A stretch of 56,858 bases of DNA from Patescibacteria group bacterium (GTDB taxonomy: Bacteria > Patescibacteriota > Microgenomatia > UBA8517). Positions within the stretch are counted from its first letter, which is position 1. Every line of letters begins with the position of its first letter. Under the pieces are notes generated by a model. It made no database searches. It saw only the letters and a program-made list of their open reading frames with translations, and was not told the origin of the DNA. This document shows, in pieces, positions 1 to 8,073 of this stretch. Location of the stretch: assembly GCA_018823885.1 (NCBI GenBank), contig JAHJHG010000005.1:1-56858 (forward strand), written 5' to 3'. The position numbers and the translations under genes are program-made.

Positions 1-758
1 AAAATGACTAGCAACACAAAAGCCAATACTACAATGAAAAACAGTCTTAGATTCTTTTTCAGCAAAAATACTGTGAATAATCCACCGGCTAGAGCTAGAT
101 ATCCTGCACGCGAATATGTAAACGCAATTGAAATAATAATTACTGCAAGAACCGGCGAAAGCTTGTTGTCTTGTTTTTTGAGATAGCTAACCAAAGTAGC
201 CAGAAACCCAAAGACTAGGATAATACTGGTATGGCCCGGATCTAAAAAGGTGCCGAGAAGTCTAAAATAATGGTCATCCCATCCCCAAATCGTAAAACTT
301 GTAATGTCTGGGTAAATGAAATACTGCAAAAAACCAAAGATAGAAACAGCAAGAACGACAATGATTAGGGAACTAAAAAGATTTTTAGAATACTTTTTAT
401 TGGTTTTTGCCATATTCCATGCCAAAACGAAAAATGAAGAATATGCGAAAAGTCTTAATAAATACAGTCCTCCTACATAAATCCTTTCTCCCCCCAAAGT
501 TGCATAAGAAAGGAGATAAGAAAAGAGAGCAATGCCCAAGAATGAAAGAATAGAACTAAATAACTTCGGCCTTTTATAATTCTCGAGTAAAAATAAAATA
601 AGGCCCACTCCTGCTACAAAATCAATTGGGTGTAGAACAATGCTTGTTCCCAGAAAATTCAGGTTAATTCGAATAATTTGGCCGAATGGAAAAAGTATTA
701 GAAATATAAATATTAGTATTTCCGTAAAGTTATTTATATTTTTCTTTGAAGAAACCAT
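1..758 (-). CDS. O-antigen ligase/polymerase-like membrane protein (partial, runs off the window start; absent from the ORF track)
   Basis: Manual translation from ATG 758 is open to position 1: MVSSKKNINNFTEILIFIFLILFPFGQ...LQYFIYPDITSFTIWGWDDHYFRLLGTFLDPGH...FTYSRAGYLAL. Multi-TM with the R-x-x-G-T-F-x-D-P and T-x-S-R motifs of Wzy_C/WaaL-like proteins. Overlaps the stop of the upstream GT2. Confidence 0.75.
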   Translation of the reverse strand, partial: MVSSKKNINNFTEILIFIFLILFPFGQIIRINLNFLGTSIVLHPIDFVAGVGLILFLLENYKRPKLFSSILSFLGIALFSYLLSYATLGGERIYVGGLYLLRLFAYSSFFVLAWNMAKTNKKYSKNLFSSLIIVVLAVSIFGFLQYFIYPDITSFTIWGWDDHYFRLLGTFLDPGHTSIILVFGFLATLVSYLKKQDNKLSPVLAVIIISIAFTYSRAGYLALAGGLFTVFLLKKNLRLFFIVVLAFVLLVI

Positions 759-1483
759 AATTTACTCCAAGCTAGGTATGAGTGGAAACTCATAACCAAA
801 GCTATCACAAAACCTTGTATACCATCTAAAAATCCTAACCTTAGAATATAGTTATAAATAAAGTGTCCTGGAGGCCAAACAATTATTTTTATTAATGAAG
901 AATTTTTGCCTTCCTCTAAATTCGCCCTTGCATGCAAACCAGACATAATGTTAACACTTGTTAAAAAGTCGGCTAAGGTAGGGTGCGGATAGTGCATTAA
1001 TGTATTCTTAAGCTCACGAGTTCTACCTCCAACTTCCCAAACTTCGTGCACTTTCCTTTTCCATTTCCCTGCTTTGCGCCTCGCAAGACGAAGTAATTTA
1101 ATGTTGGCAGTCTCTCCATGTTTTAGTTTCTTGCCCCACATGTAATCTGTTCTTTTAAAATAGAAGCCCAAATAATTAACCAAGGGGTCATTTGTTATTT
1201 GAACAATTTCGTTTCGCAAATTCTCCGTCACTCTCTCATCTGCATCGATAAACAAAACCCACTTCCCCCGTGCCTTATCTAAACCGAAGTTTCTTTGTGC
1301 CGCAAAGTTTTTCCCTAGTTTTCTTTCATATACTTTGGCGCCTAATTTTTTTGCCAAATCTGTTGTACCATCAGATGAATTATCGTCAACAACAATTGTC
1401 TCGTCGCAAAAATTAAGACTATCAAGACATTCTTTAATATTCTTTTTTTCGTTTTTTGTTAAAACTACGACTGTAAGATTCAT
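734..1483 (-). CDS. Glycosyltransferase family 2 (WaaE/KdtX-like)
   Basis: N-terminal VVVLTKNE, VVDDNSSDGT, DxD motif (FIDADE), KVHE motif. Confidence 0.9.
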   Translation of the reverse strand: MNLTVVVLTKNEKKNIKECLDSLNFCDETIVVDDNSSDGTTDLAKKLGAKVYERKLGKNFAAQRNFGLDKARGKWVLFIDADERVTENLRNEIVQITNDPLVNYLGFYFKRTDYMWGKKLKHGETANIKLLRLARRKAGKWKRKVHEVWEVGGRTRELKNTLMHYPHPTLADFLTSVNIMSGLHARANLEEGKNSSLIKIIVWPPGHFIYNYILRLGFLDGIQGFVIALVMSFHSYLAWSKLWFLQRKI

Positions 1484-1569
1484 GATTATTTTATTTAGAC
1501 CTCAGTAGTTCATTATATTGTAAATTCTGAAAACATATATCGTAAACTATCAACATAGATCAAAATACA

Positions 1570-2454
1570 TTACTGCAGTCCTAATAATCTCGAAAAAACT
1601 CCTATGAACACAATTGCAAACAATAACGCATGCCATTTTGAAAATCTCGCAAACATCTCGACAATCAGCGCACTAGCTATTCCATAATGTTTCCTAAAAT
1701 AGTAGAAGCGGCTTTGTGCAAATATTATTTTGGCCTTTTTGGTATCCGGCTTACCAGGTTTCCAAAAATGAAGAATTTGCGCATTAGGAATTATATATAT
1801 ACTAAATCCAAGTTCTTTTACTCTTTTGCAGAAATCGCTTTCCTCAAAATACAAAAAGAAATTTTCATCAAATCCTTTTGCTTTCTCAAAAACTTGCCTT
1901 CTTATTAAAAAAGCAGATCCCGGAACTACATCCACTTGCCGCTTTTTGTTCATTGGAACATCTGTTAACCAATATTTTTTTGAAATAGGATTATTGGGGA
2001 AAAGTTTGTTTAAAAAAGAAAGGGCGACAATACCTCTTAAGGGAGTTAGCTTTTTTGACCCAAGCTGAGGAAAAATCTTCCCTTTTTCATCAACAAGGTT
2101 GGGCGCAACTAACCCAGCTCGCTTGTTTTTCTCGAGAAAATTAATTAATTTATCAATAGATCCTAAAATGATTTTAGTATCAGGATTTAAGATAAATAAA
2201 TATCTTCCCTTTGCGTACTTTGCACCCAAATTATTTCCGGCTCCATAGCCAATATTTCCAGGCGACCTGATATATTTTGCCCACTTAAATTTAGCCTTAA
2301 GTGTTTTTCGTATTGTCGCTTTTTCATCATTATCAACGACAATAACCTCGAAAGAAACTTTCGGTTTGTTTTGTTTGATTGACAAAACACAATCAAACAA
2401 CCTTCTCTTGTCCTTATAGTGGACAATAATTATAGAAACAACTATTTTTTGCAT
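1570..2454 (-). CDS. Glycosyltransferase family 2 (WbbL/rhamnosyltransferase-like)
   Basis: IIIVHY, NIGYGAGNN, LNPD, GFDENFFLYFEESD motifs; hydrophobic C-terminus. Confidence 0.9.
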   Translation of the reverse strand: MQKIVVSIIIVHYKDKRRLFDCVLSIKQNKPKVSFEVIVVDNDEKATIRKTLKAKFKWAKYIRSPGNIGYGAGNNLGAKYAKGRYLFILNPDTKIILGSIDKLINFLEKNKRAGLVAPNLVDEKGKIFPQLGSKKLTPLRGIVALSFLNKLFPNNPISKKYWLTDVPMNKKRQVDVVPGSAFLIRRQVFEKAKGFDENFFLYFEESDFCKRVKELGFSIYIIPNAQILHFWKPGKPDTKKAKIIFAQSRFYYFRKHYGIASALIVEMFARFSKWHALLFAIVFIGVFSRLLGLQ

Positions 2455-3215
2455 ACCGCTACAAAATACTCTGCTTTAGAAAGATTACCTGGTTTTATCG
2501 GAAAATCACGTGTTTCCAAATTCTCTTGGCTTTTGCGCCCGAATAAACCGCCTAAGCATTTCCAAACCTTTTCTTTAAAAGCTTGGGGAATTATTTTTCT
2601 AATTCTCAAAATATCACTTACAACAAATCTTTCCCTCGCTTTTTGAGAAGCCATGAAGTCTTTCAGGGCAGTTTTTGCTCGCTTGCTTTTTGTTTGACTT
2701 TTAATACCTACTGTTTTGAAATATTTATTCAATAAATGACCTAATTCTTCAGCTGTATATTCCTTTATATGATAAGGGCTTTTTAACTTATCTCCTGTAG
2801 AATGAAAAAACTTATTTGGGGTAGACAATATAAACTTTCCGCCTGGCCTTAGAACCCTATGTACTTCTTTCATAAATTTATGGGTATCTTTTAAGTGCTC
2901 TATTACTTCGAAAGAGCAAGCGGCATCAAATTTACTATCTTCAAATGGTAATGTTGTTGCATTTGCTTTTAGAAATCTCGCTTTCTTTGAATAGTGCTTG
3001 TTTGCGTACTCTATCGCCTCATTATTATTATCTATTGCAGTAACTTCATATTTCTCACCTAAGACTGCACTACCGTACCCTGTACCACAACCAATATCTA
3101 TAACTTTCGCATTTTTTCCAAAGCATCTCTTCGCAAATTCGTAGCGCGCGAGAGATTCCTTAAATTGAAAGTTTGCTGTAACACCAGGAATTACACGTTC
3201 GTTAAAATCCATCAT
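2442..3215 (-). CDS. Class I SAM-dependent methyltransferase (type 11-like)
   Basis: VIDIGCGTGYG motif I, FEVIEH, LRPGG..ILSTPN. Confidence 0.9.
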   Translation of the reverse strand: MMDFNERVIPGVTANFQFKESLARYEFAKRCFGKNAKVIDIGCGTGYGSAVLGEKYEVTAIDNNNEAIEYANKHYSKKARFLKANATTLPFEDSKFDAACSFEVIEHLKDTHKFMKEVHRVLRPGGKFILSTPNKFFHSTGDKLKSPYHIKEYTAEELGHLLNKYFKTVGIKSQTKSKRAKTALKDFMASQKARERFVVSDILRIRKIIPQAFKEKVWKCLGGLFGRKSQENLETRDFPIKPGNLSKAEYFVAVCKK

Positions 3216-4438
3216 TTTATATCAGAAAGAACCTTCCAGGAAAAGTACACCACAAAAGGCAAAGAAATAAGCGAGCCAATAATTGTTGAAATACCCGCAC
3301 CTACTATGCCAAATTTTATTACCAACGGCACTATCGAAACAGCCAAGCCAAGAACACTGATGAATGTAATAAGCGTAACTAATTCCTGTTTCTTAACGGC
3401 TAGAAAAACTGTTAAAGATGGATTAATTATCGCTCTTATAACACCGTATATAGATAAAACCCTAAGAACAGGAACAGCTTCCAACCACTTATCTCCTAAA
3501 ATTATTAGTATTATTTCTCTTGAAAAGAAGAAAATGACCAAACCAAAAGGCACCACTAATACCGAAACAGCCAATATTGTTTTGCAAAATGCATTTTTGA
3601 ATCTTTTACTGTCCTTAGAAATTTTCGTATAGACGGGAAAAGTTACTCGCGCTATAACATCAGCAACTTCAGAAATAGGCAAGCTTGAGATTTTATATGC
3701 AACTTGATAAAGCCCGAGAGAAGATGTTCCCAATATTTTCCCCACAACAGCATCATCGCCCTGACGGAATAAATATTGAAAAATACCCGCTCCCGTCACC
3801 CATTTCCCTCTATTAATAATTCGTTTTATCTTTACCTTCTTGAAACTAAGCTTTGGTATTGGTCTGACATATATATAGGATAACAATACTTCCAAGACTG
3901 CACCCGCGATTAGTCCCCAAACAAGGCTTGTTGCAGATCTTATTGTTAACGCCAAAGCAACCGTCACCCCTGCATCGAACAGAAAAATTGACGATTTTAA
4001 CCAAAACTCTTTTTTAAACTGCAGTTCTTTCTGCAGTTTAACAAGAGATGGATTAATAAAGCCCCGCACAAAAGGCACAACAGCAATGAGATAAAGTAGA
4101 TTCATGGAGTCCGGAGATTTAAAAAAAATTGAAACAGGTTTTGCTGTAAGAATAATAACAAAAGAGATAACTATTCCTCGTATGATTGAAACAACCCAGG
4201 CAGTATCAATATATTCATCAATATTGTCTTTCTCCTGAATTAGAAACACATTTATACCTGTTTCAACCAATATTTCTAAAAATGCTAAAGCAAGAGCGGC
4301 AATTCCAAACAAACCGAATTGAGCCGGAATAAGAATGCGAGCCAATATTGCCGTTTTCACAAAGCCAACAAGCCTTGTAACTCCCCTAAAGGCCCCTACC
4401 CATGTAATACCCTTAACTGTATCTTTTAAATATCCCAC
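3212..4438 (-). CDS. wzx: Polysaccharide flippase (Wzx/WzxC-like, MOP superfamily)
   Basis: About 12 TM segments; LARIL.P..FG and GKILG...LGLYQVAY motifs; lies in a glycosyltransferase cluster. Confidence 0.85.
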   Translation of the reverse strand: MGYLKDTVKGITWVGAFRGVTRLVGFVKTAILARILIPAQFGLFGIAALALAFLEILVETGINVFLIQEKDNIDEYIDTAWVVSIIRGIVISFVIILTAKPVSIFFKSPDSMNLLYLIAVVPFVRGFINPSLVKLQKELQFKKEFWLKSSIFLFDAGVTVALALTIRSATSLVWGLIAGAVLEVLLSYIYVRPIPKLSFKKVKIKRIINRGKWVTGAGIFQYLFRQGDDAVVGKILGTSSLGLYQVAYKISSLPISEVADVIARVTFPVYTKISKDSKRFKNAFCKTILAVSVLVVPFGLVIFFFSREIILIILGDKWLEAVPVLRVLSIYGVIRAIINPSLTVFLAVKKQELVTLITFISVLGLAVSIVPLVIKFGIVGAGISTIIGSLISLPFVVYFSWKVLSDIK

Positions 4439-4453
4439 TATTTGTATTCTAAC

Positions 4454-5407
4454 TCAGTGTTCTTCTCTAGCAAATATCCCTGTCAAAAATCCTGACATTA
4501 CTGCAAAGTCAGATGTAAATTGCAATATAATTCCCCACATACCAATCTTATAATCCCCGAACTCAACATAAACTTTTCTGAAAGACCAGAAAATATATAA
4601 AAATAAACCCAACAGTAGAACAAACCAAAGCAGGGGACTGCTGAAAGCCAAAATTAAGCCAACAAGACCGAATGCGTACCTGACTAAGACAAAAAGTACC
4701 TTAATATTGTGCGACGAAAGCTTTTTGGATGGATGCCACCATATTTTTGATTGCGCATCGCCCTTCGCGTAAAGAAATATTTTATTAAATGCCTTTCTTA
4801 AAGTCCTTGGAATCCCCCACTCCACTTGTGCGTTTTTCACGCGTGCAATGTTTGCTCCACTTTGAACTAACCTGTAATTAAAAACGGTATCTTCTGCAGT
4901 GCCCTTTAATTTCTCTGGGAATCCCCCAACCTCTAGCCAGGTTTCCTTTTTGATAGCCACTGAGCGTGTCGAAGGTAAATAGTTGGTATCAAATTGGGAA
5001 GGCAAAACGCCCAAATAGAATGATAGTGCTTTCTGAAAAGCTGTTTCGCCTGTCATTTTATAAAAACCAGCCACAACATCTACTTCCTTATTTACAAAAG
5101 GTTTTGTAATCCTTCCAAACCAGTGTTTATTTGGCACACAACCTGCGTCTGTTAAAGCCACTATTTCATTTCGTGAAATATCAATTCCCAAATTCCTACC
5201 CTGTGCTCGTGAACATTTTTCAACAAGAAGCTTTATTCTTTTCTCCTTTTTTTGAAAATGTTTTATTATCTCAATTGTTTTATCTTGCGATCCCCCATCA
5301 ACAATTACTATTTCATCAGGTTTTTTCGTTTGTACCAACAAACTTTCAAGAAGATTCGCTATATTCGCCTTTTCATTGAACACTGTAACAACAATAGATA
5401 TCTTCAT
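4454..5407 (-). CDS. Glycosyltransferase family 2 with C-terminal TM helices
   Basis: IVVTVFNE, VDGGSQD, LTDAG, EDT motif. Confidence 0.9.
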   Translation of the reverse strand: MKISIVVTVFNEKANIANLLESLLVQTKKPDEIVIVDGGSQDKTIEIIKHFQKKEKRIKLLVEKCSRAQGRNLGIDISRNEIVALTDAGCVPNKHWFGRITKPFVNKEVDVVAGFYKMTGETAFQKALSFYLGVLPSQFDTNYLPSTRSVAIKKETWLEVGGFPEKLKGTAEDTVFNYRLVQSGANIARVKNAQVEWGIPRTLRKAFNKIFLYAKGDAQSKIWWHPSKKLSSHNIKVLFVLVRYAFGLVGLILAFSSPLLWFVLLLGLFLYIFWSFRKVYVEFGDYKIGMWGIILQFTSDFAVMSGFLTGIFAREEH

Positions 5408-5410
5408 TTT

Positions 5411-6598
5411 TTATAATAATTCATGACCTCTTTTTTGTTTGATAATAATGACAATAACAAACATTATCCATACAATAATAAGCTTGGGTTTGTAGTCAAG
5501 CTGAGGCAAAACCGAAATTGAACTTAACAATGCAACAATGGTAAGTTCTTTAATAATCCTTAACCTTTTCGCTATTATAAACACAAACAACATAAGAGGA
5601 ATCATAACGGGATAAACAAAACGCATGTTCGATACCACAATTTGCATATCAGGCAGGGAGGGCTGAGGAAGAAAAATAATGAAATTAATGACCGCTAATA
5701 CAACCAGGGGTATTAAATCTTTTAGCAACTCTTCTTGTTTCTTTATCTTTGAGTAATATGAAACCAACATTACTATGAGCGGCGCCAAAGACCAAAATAG
5801 ATATTCAGATATAACGGCTTGAATCATCAACCAGGCACCTCCCGGCTCAAGAAACACTTTTACTGAAGTCCAGTCAGTGGCGTGGAAATCTGGATGAGCC
5901 TGCCAACCCAAAAACGCAACAGGATAGATTGGATTTCCTGTTATAATCCAATTCCTTACATACCATGAAAGGCCGAGGATAAAAAAAGGAACAAAAAAAG
6001 CAACAAATCTCCTTACTGTAAACATAGAAAGCACTTTGCGCGAATAAACTACCAAAAGAGCCAACATTAACAGTATGCCGGAATATTTGACTCCGACTAA
6101 TAATCCTAGTGAGAAACCAATTTTCAGAAAATATGAAATACTTCGCTTGGGTTTTTGTAGCAGGGACAAGCTACAAAGAAAAAATACAGCCAACCAAATA
6201 TCTATTGTCTGAGTCAATATTAATCTGAGAACGGTCGGTAACAAAGAGAAGGTTGCAGCAAAAACCAAAGAGGCCATTTTACTGAGACCGAACGTTCTTG
6301 CAGTAAACCTGCAACAAAAGAACAGCAGCACCAAACCCAAAACATTGAAAAGGTTTAAAGGAATATTAAATTTAACAAACAGAGAAAGCATGGTCTCCCC
6401 AACTGCAGGATAATAACCTAATCCCTGTTTTATATAAGATAAATTAGTAAAATCGCCGCGGGAAATACTTTCGGCAATAGGAATATGGTACGTCAAGCTG
6501 TCAACTTCCCCTAACTGAACTGGAGTTGTAGTGAATCCCAAATGTATAAAATACAACAAAACAAAGAAATATAATGCGGTAAATAATTTAGAGATCAT
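5411..6598 (-). CDS. Polytopic membrane protein, probable GT-C fold glycosyltransferase
   Basis: More than 10 TM segments; acidic first loop (EVDSLTYH); WYVRNWIITGNPIYP and RF.YP motifs typical of GT-C-like proteins. Confidence 0.6.
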   Translation of the reverse strand: MISKLFTALYFFVLLYFIHLGFTTTPVQLGEVDSLTYHIPIAESISRGDFTNLSYIKQGLGYYPAVGETMLSLFVKFNIPLNLFNVLGLVLLFFCCRFTARTFGLSKMASLVFAATFSLLPTVLRLILTQTIDIWLAVFFLCSLSLLQKPKRSISYFLKIGFSLGLLVGVKYSGILLMLALLVVYSRKVLSMFTVRRFVAFFVPFFILGLSWYVRNWIITGNPIYPVAFLGWQAHPDFHATDWTSVKVFLEPGGAWLMIQAVISEYLFWSLAPLIVMLVSYYSKIKKQEELLKDLIPLVVLAVINFIIFLPQPSLPDMQIVVSNMRFVYPVMIPLMLFVFIIAKRLRIIKELTIVALLSSISVLPQLDYKPKLIIVWIMFVIVIIIKQKRGHELL

Positions 6599-6653
6599 AA
6601 TTGAGGCAGCTAAGAAGATTATAACTTAAAACCAGGAAGTTTTATAAACAACT

Positions 6654-7352
6654 CTACGACGCCGGAGAAGGGGAGATTTCTGGTGTGGGAGTGGAACTCT
6701 CTGCCGGAGTGGGCACAGGGGATGGCGTTGTGGTGGGAACAGCCTCCACCTCTTCGGGGAAAATTTCTAAATCTGAGGCGTCATTTACAACCAGCGTTCT
6801 TGTGTTCTCATTATACTTACCTGTAGCAAATATTCTCCTGTCGACCAATTTTTTCAAATCGATATTTTCCGGCACTTCCAACGCAATCGCTTCGGATGAA
6901 GTCGTAATTAAATAATACTTTGCGTTAATTTCTGTAAATCTTAGTGTTCCAGTGAAGGCAGTGTTTCGAGTAAGTTCTTGTGTCGTGCTTGGAGACTCTG
7001 TTGGTGTATATTCAAAAAACGGTACGTTGAAAGGCAAAATGAAACGCCCGATACCTAAACTAACACTGACGATTATTAACGAAATAGCTATAGCTGTTAG
7101 CGGACGTACTTTTATACGAAACTCTATCCCCTCATTGCCAATTATCCTTTTCCACCAACTCTTAAGATATGTAATAGGATTTGTAACTTTAATATCTACT
7201 AAAGGAAGTTCTTTTTTGCGAAGATCGGGCTTTATTTTCTTTACAGAAACAACGGGGGTTTTTGAAGCCGTGTTTATATTAACAGTTTTAGACTTTTCAT
7301 TCTCGGTAACCGTTTTCTTATAATTTACTCCACTTCCTGCAGAATCCGCCAT
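6654..7352 (-). CDS. Hypothetical single-pass membrane protein with Pro/Thr/Ser-rich C-terminal tail
   Basis: One TM (LTAIAISLIIVSVSLGIG), beta-rich external domain, tail PTTTPSPVPTPAESSTPTPEISPSPAS; TAAACT -10-like box 10 nt upstream. Confidence 0.75.
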   Translation of the reverse strand: MADSAGSGVNYKKTVTENEKSKTVNINTASKTPVVSVKKIKPDLRKKELPLVDIKVTNPITYLKSWWKRIIGNEGIEFRIKVRPLTAIAISLIIVSVSLGIGRFILPFNVPFFEYTPTESPSTTQELTRNTAFTGTLRFTEINAKYYLITTSSEAIALEVPENIDLKKLVDRRIFATGKYNENTRTLVVNDASDLEIFPEEVEAVPTTTPSPVPTPAESSTPTPEISPSPAS

Positions 7353-7423
7353 AACTATTAAAGTTTAGTATTGATTCTGTTATAACGCAATATTTGCTAG
7401 CTTTAATCGACCAAGCTTCTACG

Positions 7424-7433
7424 TTGGGTGACT
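7424..7433. repeat. Left 10-bp direct repeat TTGGGTGACT (putative att core)
   Basis: Identical to 12536-12545, which is the acceptor-stem 3' end of a tRNA-His-like fragment. Confidence 0.6.
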
Positions 7434-7543
7434 TACCGAACGATGTTAGAACCGCTTTAATAAAGCCTGAAGCTAAGGAAATGGAGTTGCTAGCGAGTTT
7501 ATTGTTGAGTAAGAAGACAAAAGAGATTCCCTTGTATCTTTAG
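7424..7543 (+). pseudogene. Mini-ORF/remnant A (LGDLPNDVRTALIKPEAKEMELLASLLL...), possible C-terminal fragment of a site-specific recombinase
   Basis: 54/84 nt and 13/28 aa identical, ungapped, to 9472-9555, including six synonymous codon differences; begins exactly at the direct repeat. Confidence 0.5.
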
Positions 7544-8064
7544 ATTAGTGCCACGATGGCCAACAAGGCTCGCCCTCTATCAGACATATCCTTAAACGTA
7601 TACTCTACACCTTCTACGTAACATATTTTAGCTGAGTCATAAATCAATAAAGCGTTGTGTTTTTCTTCACTATAGTTTTGAGAAAAATGTGGAAGCGAAC
7701 CACAATCAAACAGATATATTTGCTCTACTCCTGAAGCACTAGAAGCACTCACATATCCCGGCATTGTTTTTAGCTTTGGGCTTGGATTTGTTCTATCCGA
7801 TCCATGAACTGATATTTTTTCCAACCTTTCCTTTCTTTCTGCTGGGTTTTCTTCAAGATGAAAAAATCTAAAACGGAATTTTTCTGGAAATTCTTTAACA
7901 TTCAAATCCAGTCTTTCAAACATTGATTGACTGAACTTTTCATTGAAATCTTCGAGGGACAAGGGGTTGATCAAACTGTGCCTTTTTTTAAACATCTCAG
8001 ACGATATTTCGATATAGGGGATCTTTTTTTTACCTATACGAATTATTTTTTCAGATGATGGCAT
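7540..8064 (-). CDS. Hypothetical protein, possibly ADP-ribosyltransferase-like fold
   Basis: 174 aa ORF 9 nt downstream of the AlbA_2 gene. Pattern FRFFH...LEKISVHG...IYLF...LLIYD...VEY resembles the ART strand order (weak, by eye). Confidence 0.6.
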   Translation of the reverse strand: MPSSEKIIRIGKKKIPYIEISSEMFKKRHSLINPLSLEDFNEKFSQSMFERLDLNVKEFPEKFRFRFFHLEENPAERKERLEKISVHGSDRTNPSPKLKTMPGYVSASSASGVEQIYLFDCGSLPHFSQNYSEEKHNALLIYDSAKICYVEGVEYTFKDMSDRGRALLAIVALI

Positions 8065-8073
8065 TTTATTATA

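Noticed and set aside
4-186. 60-aa + strand ORF
   Set aside because: Antisense shadow of the ligase-like gene at 1-758
3165-3632. 155-aa + strand ORF, plus the many other opposite-strand or alternate-frame ORFs in the track (e.g. 6952-7323, 8738-9115, 10032-10505, 13306-13674, 23429-23791, 46216-46743)
   Set aside because: Each lies within a well-supported gene on the other strand or frame and has no recognisable motifs
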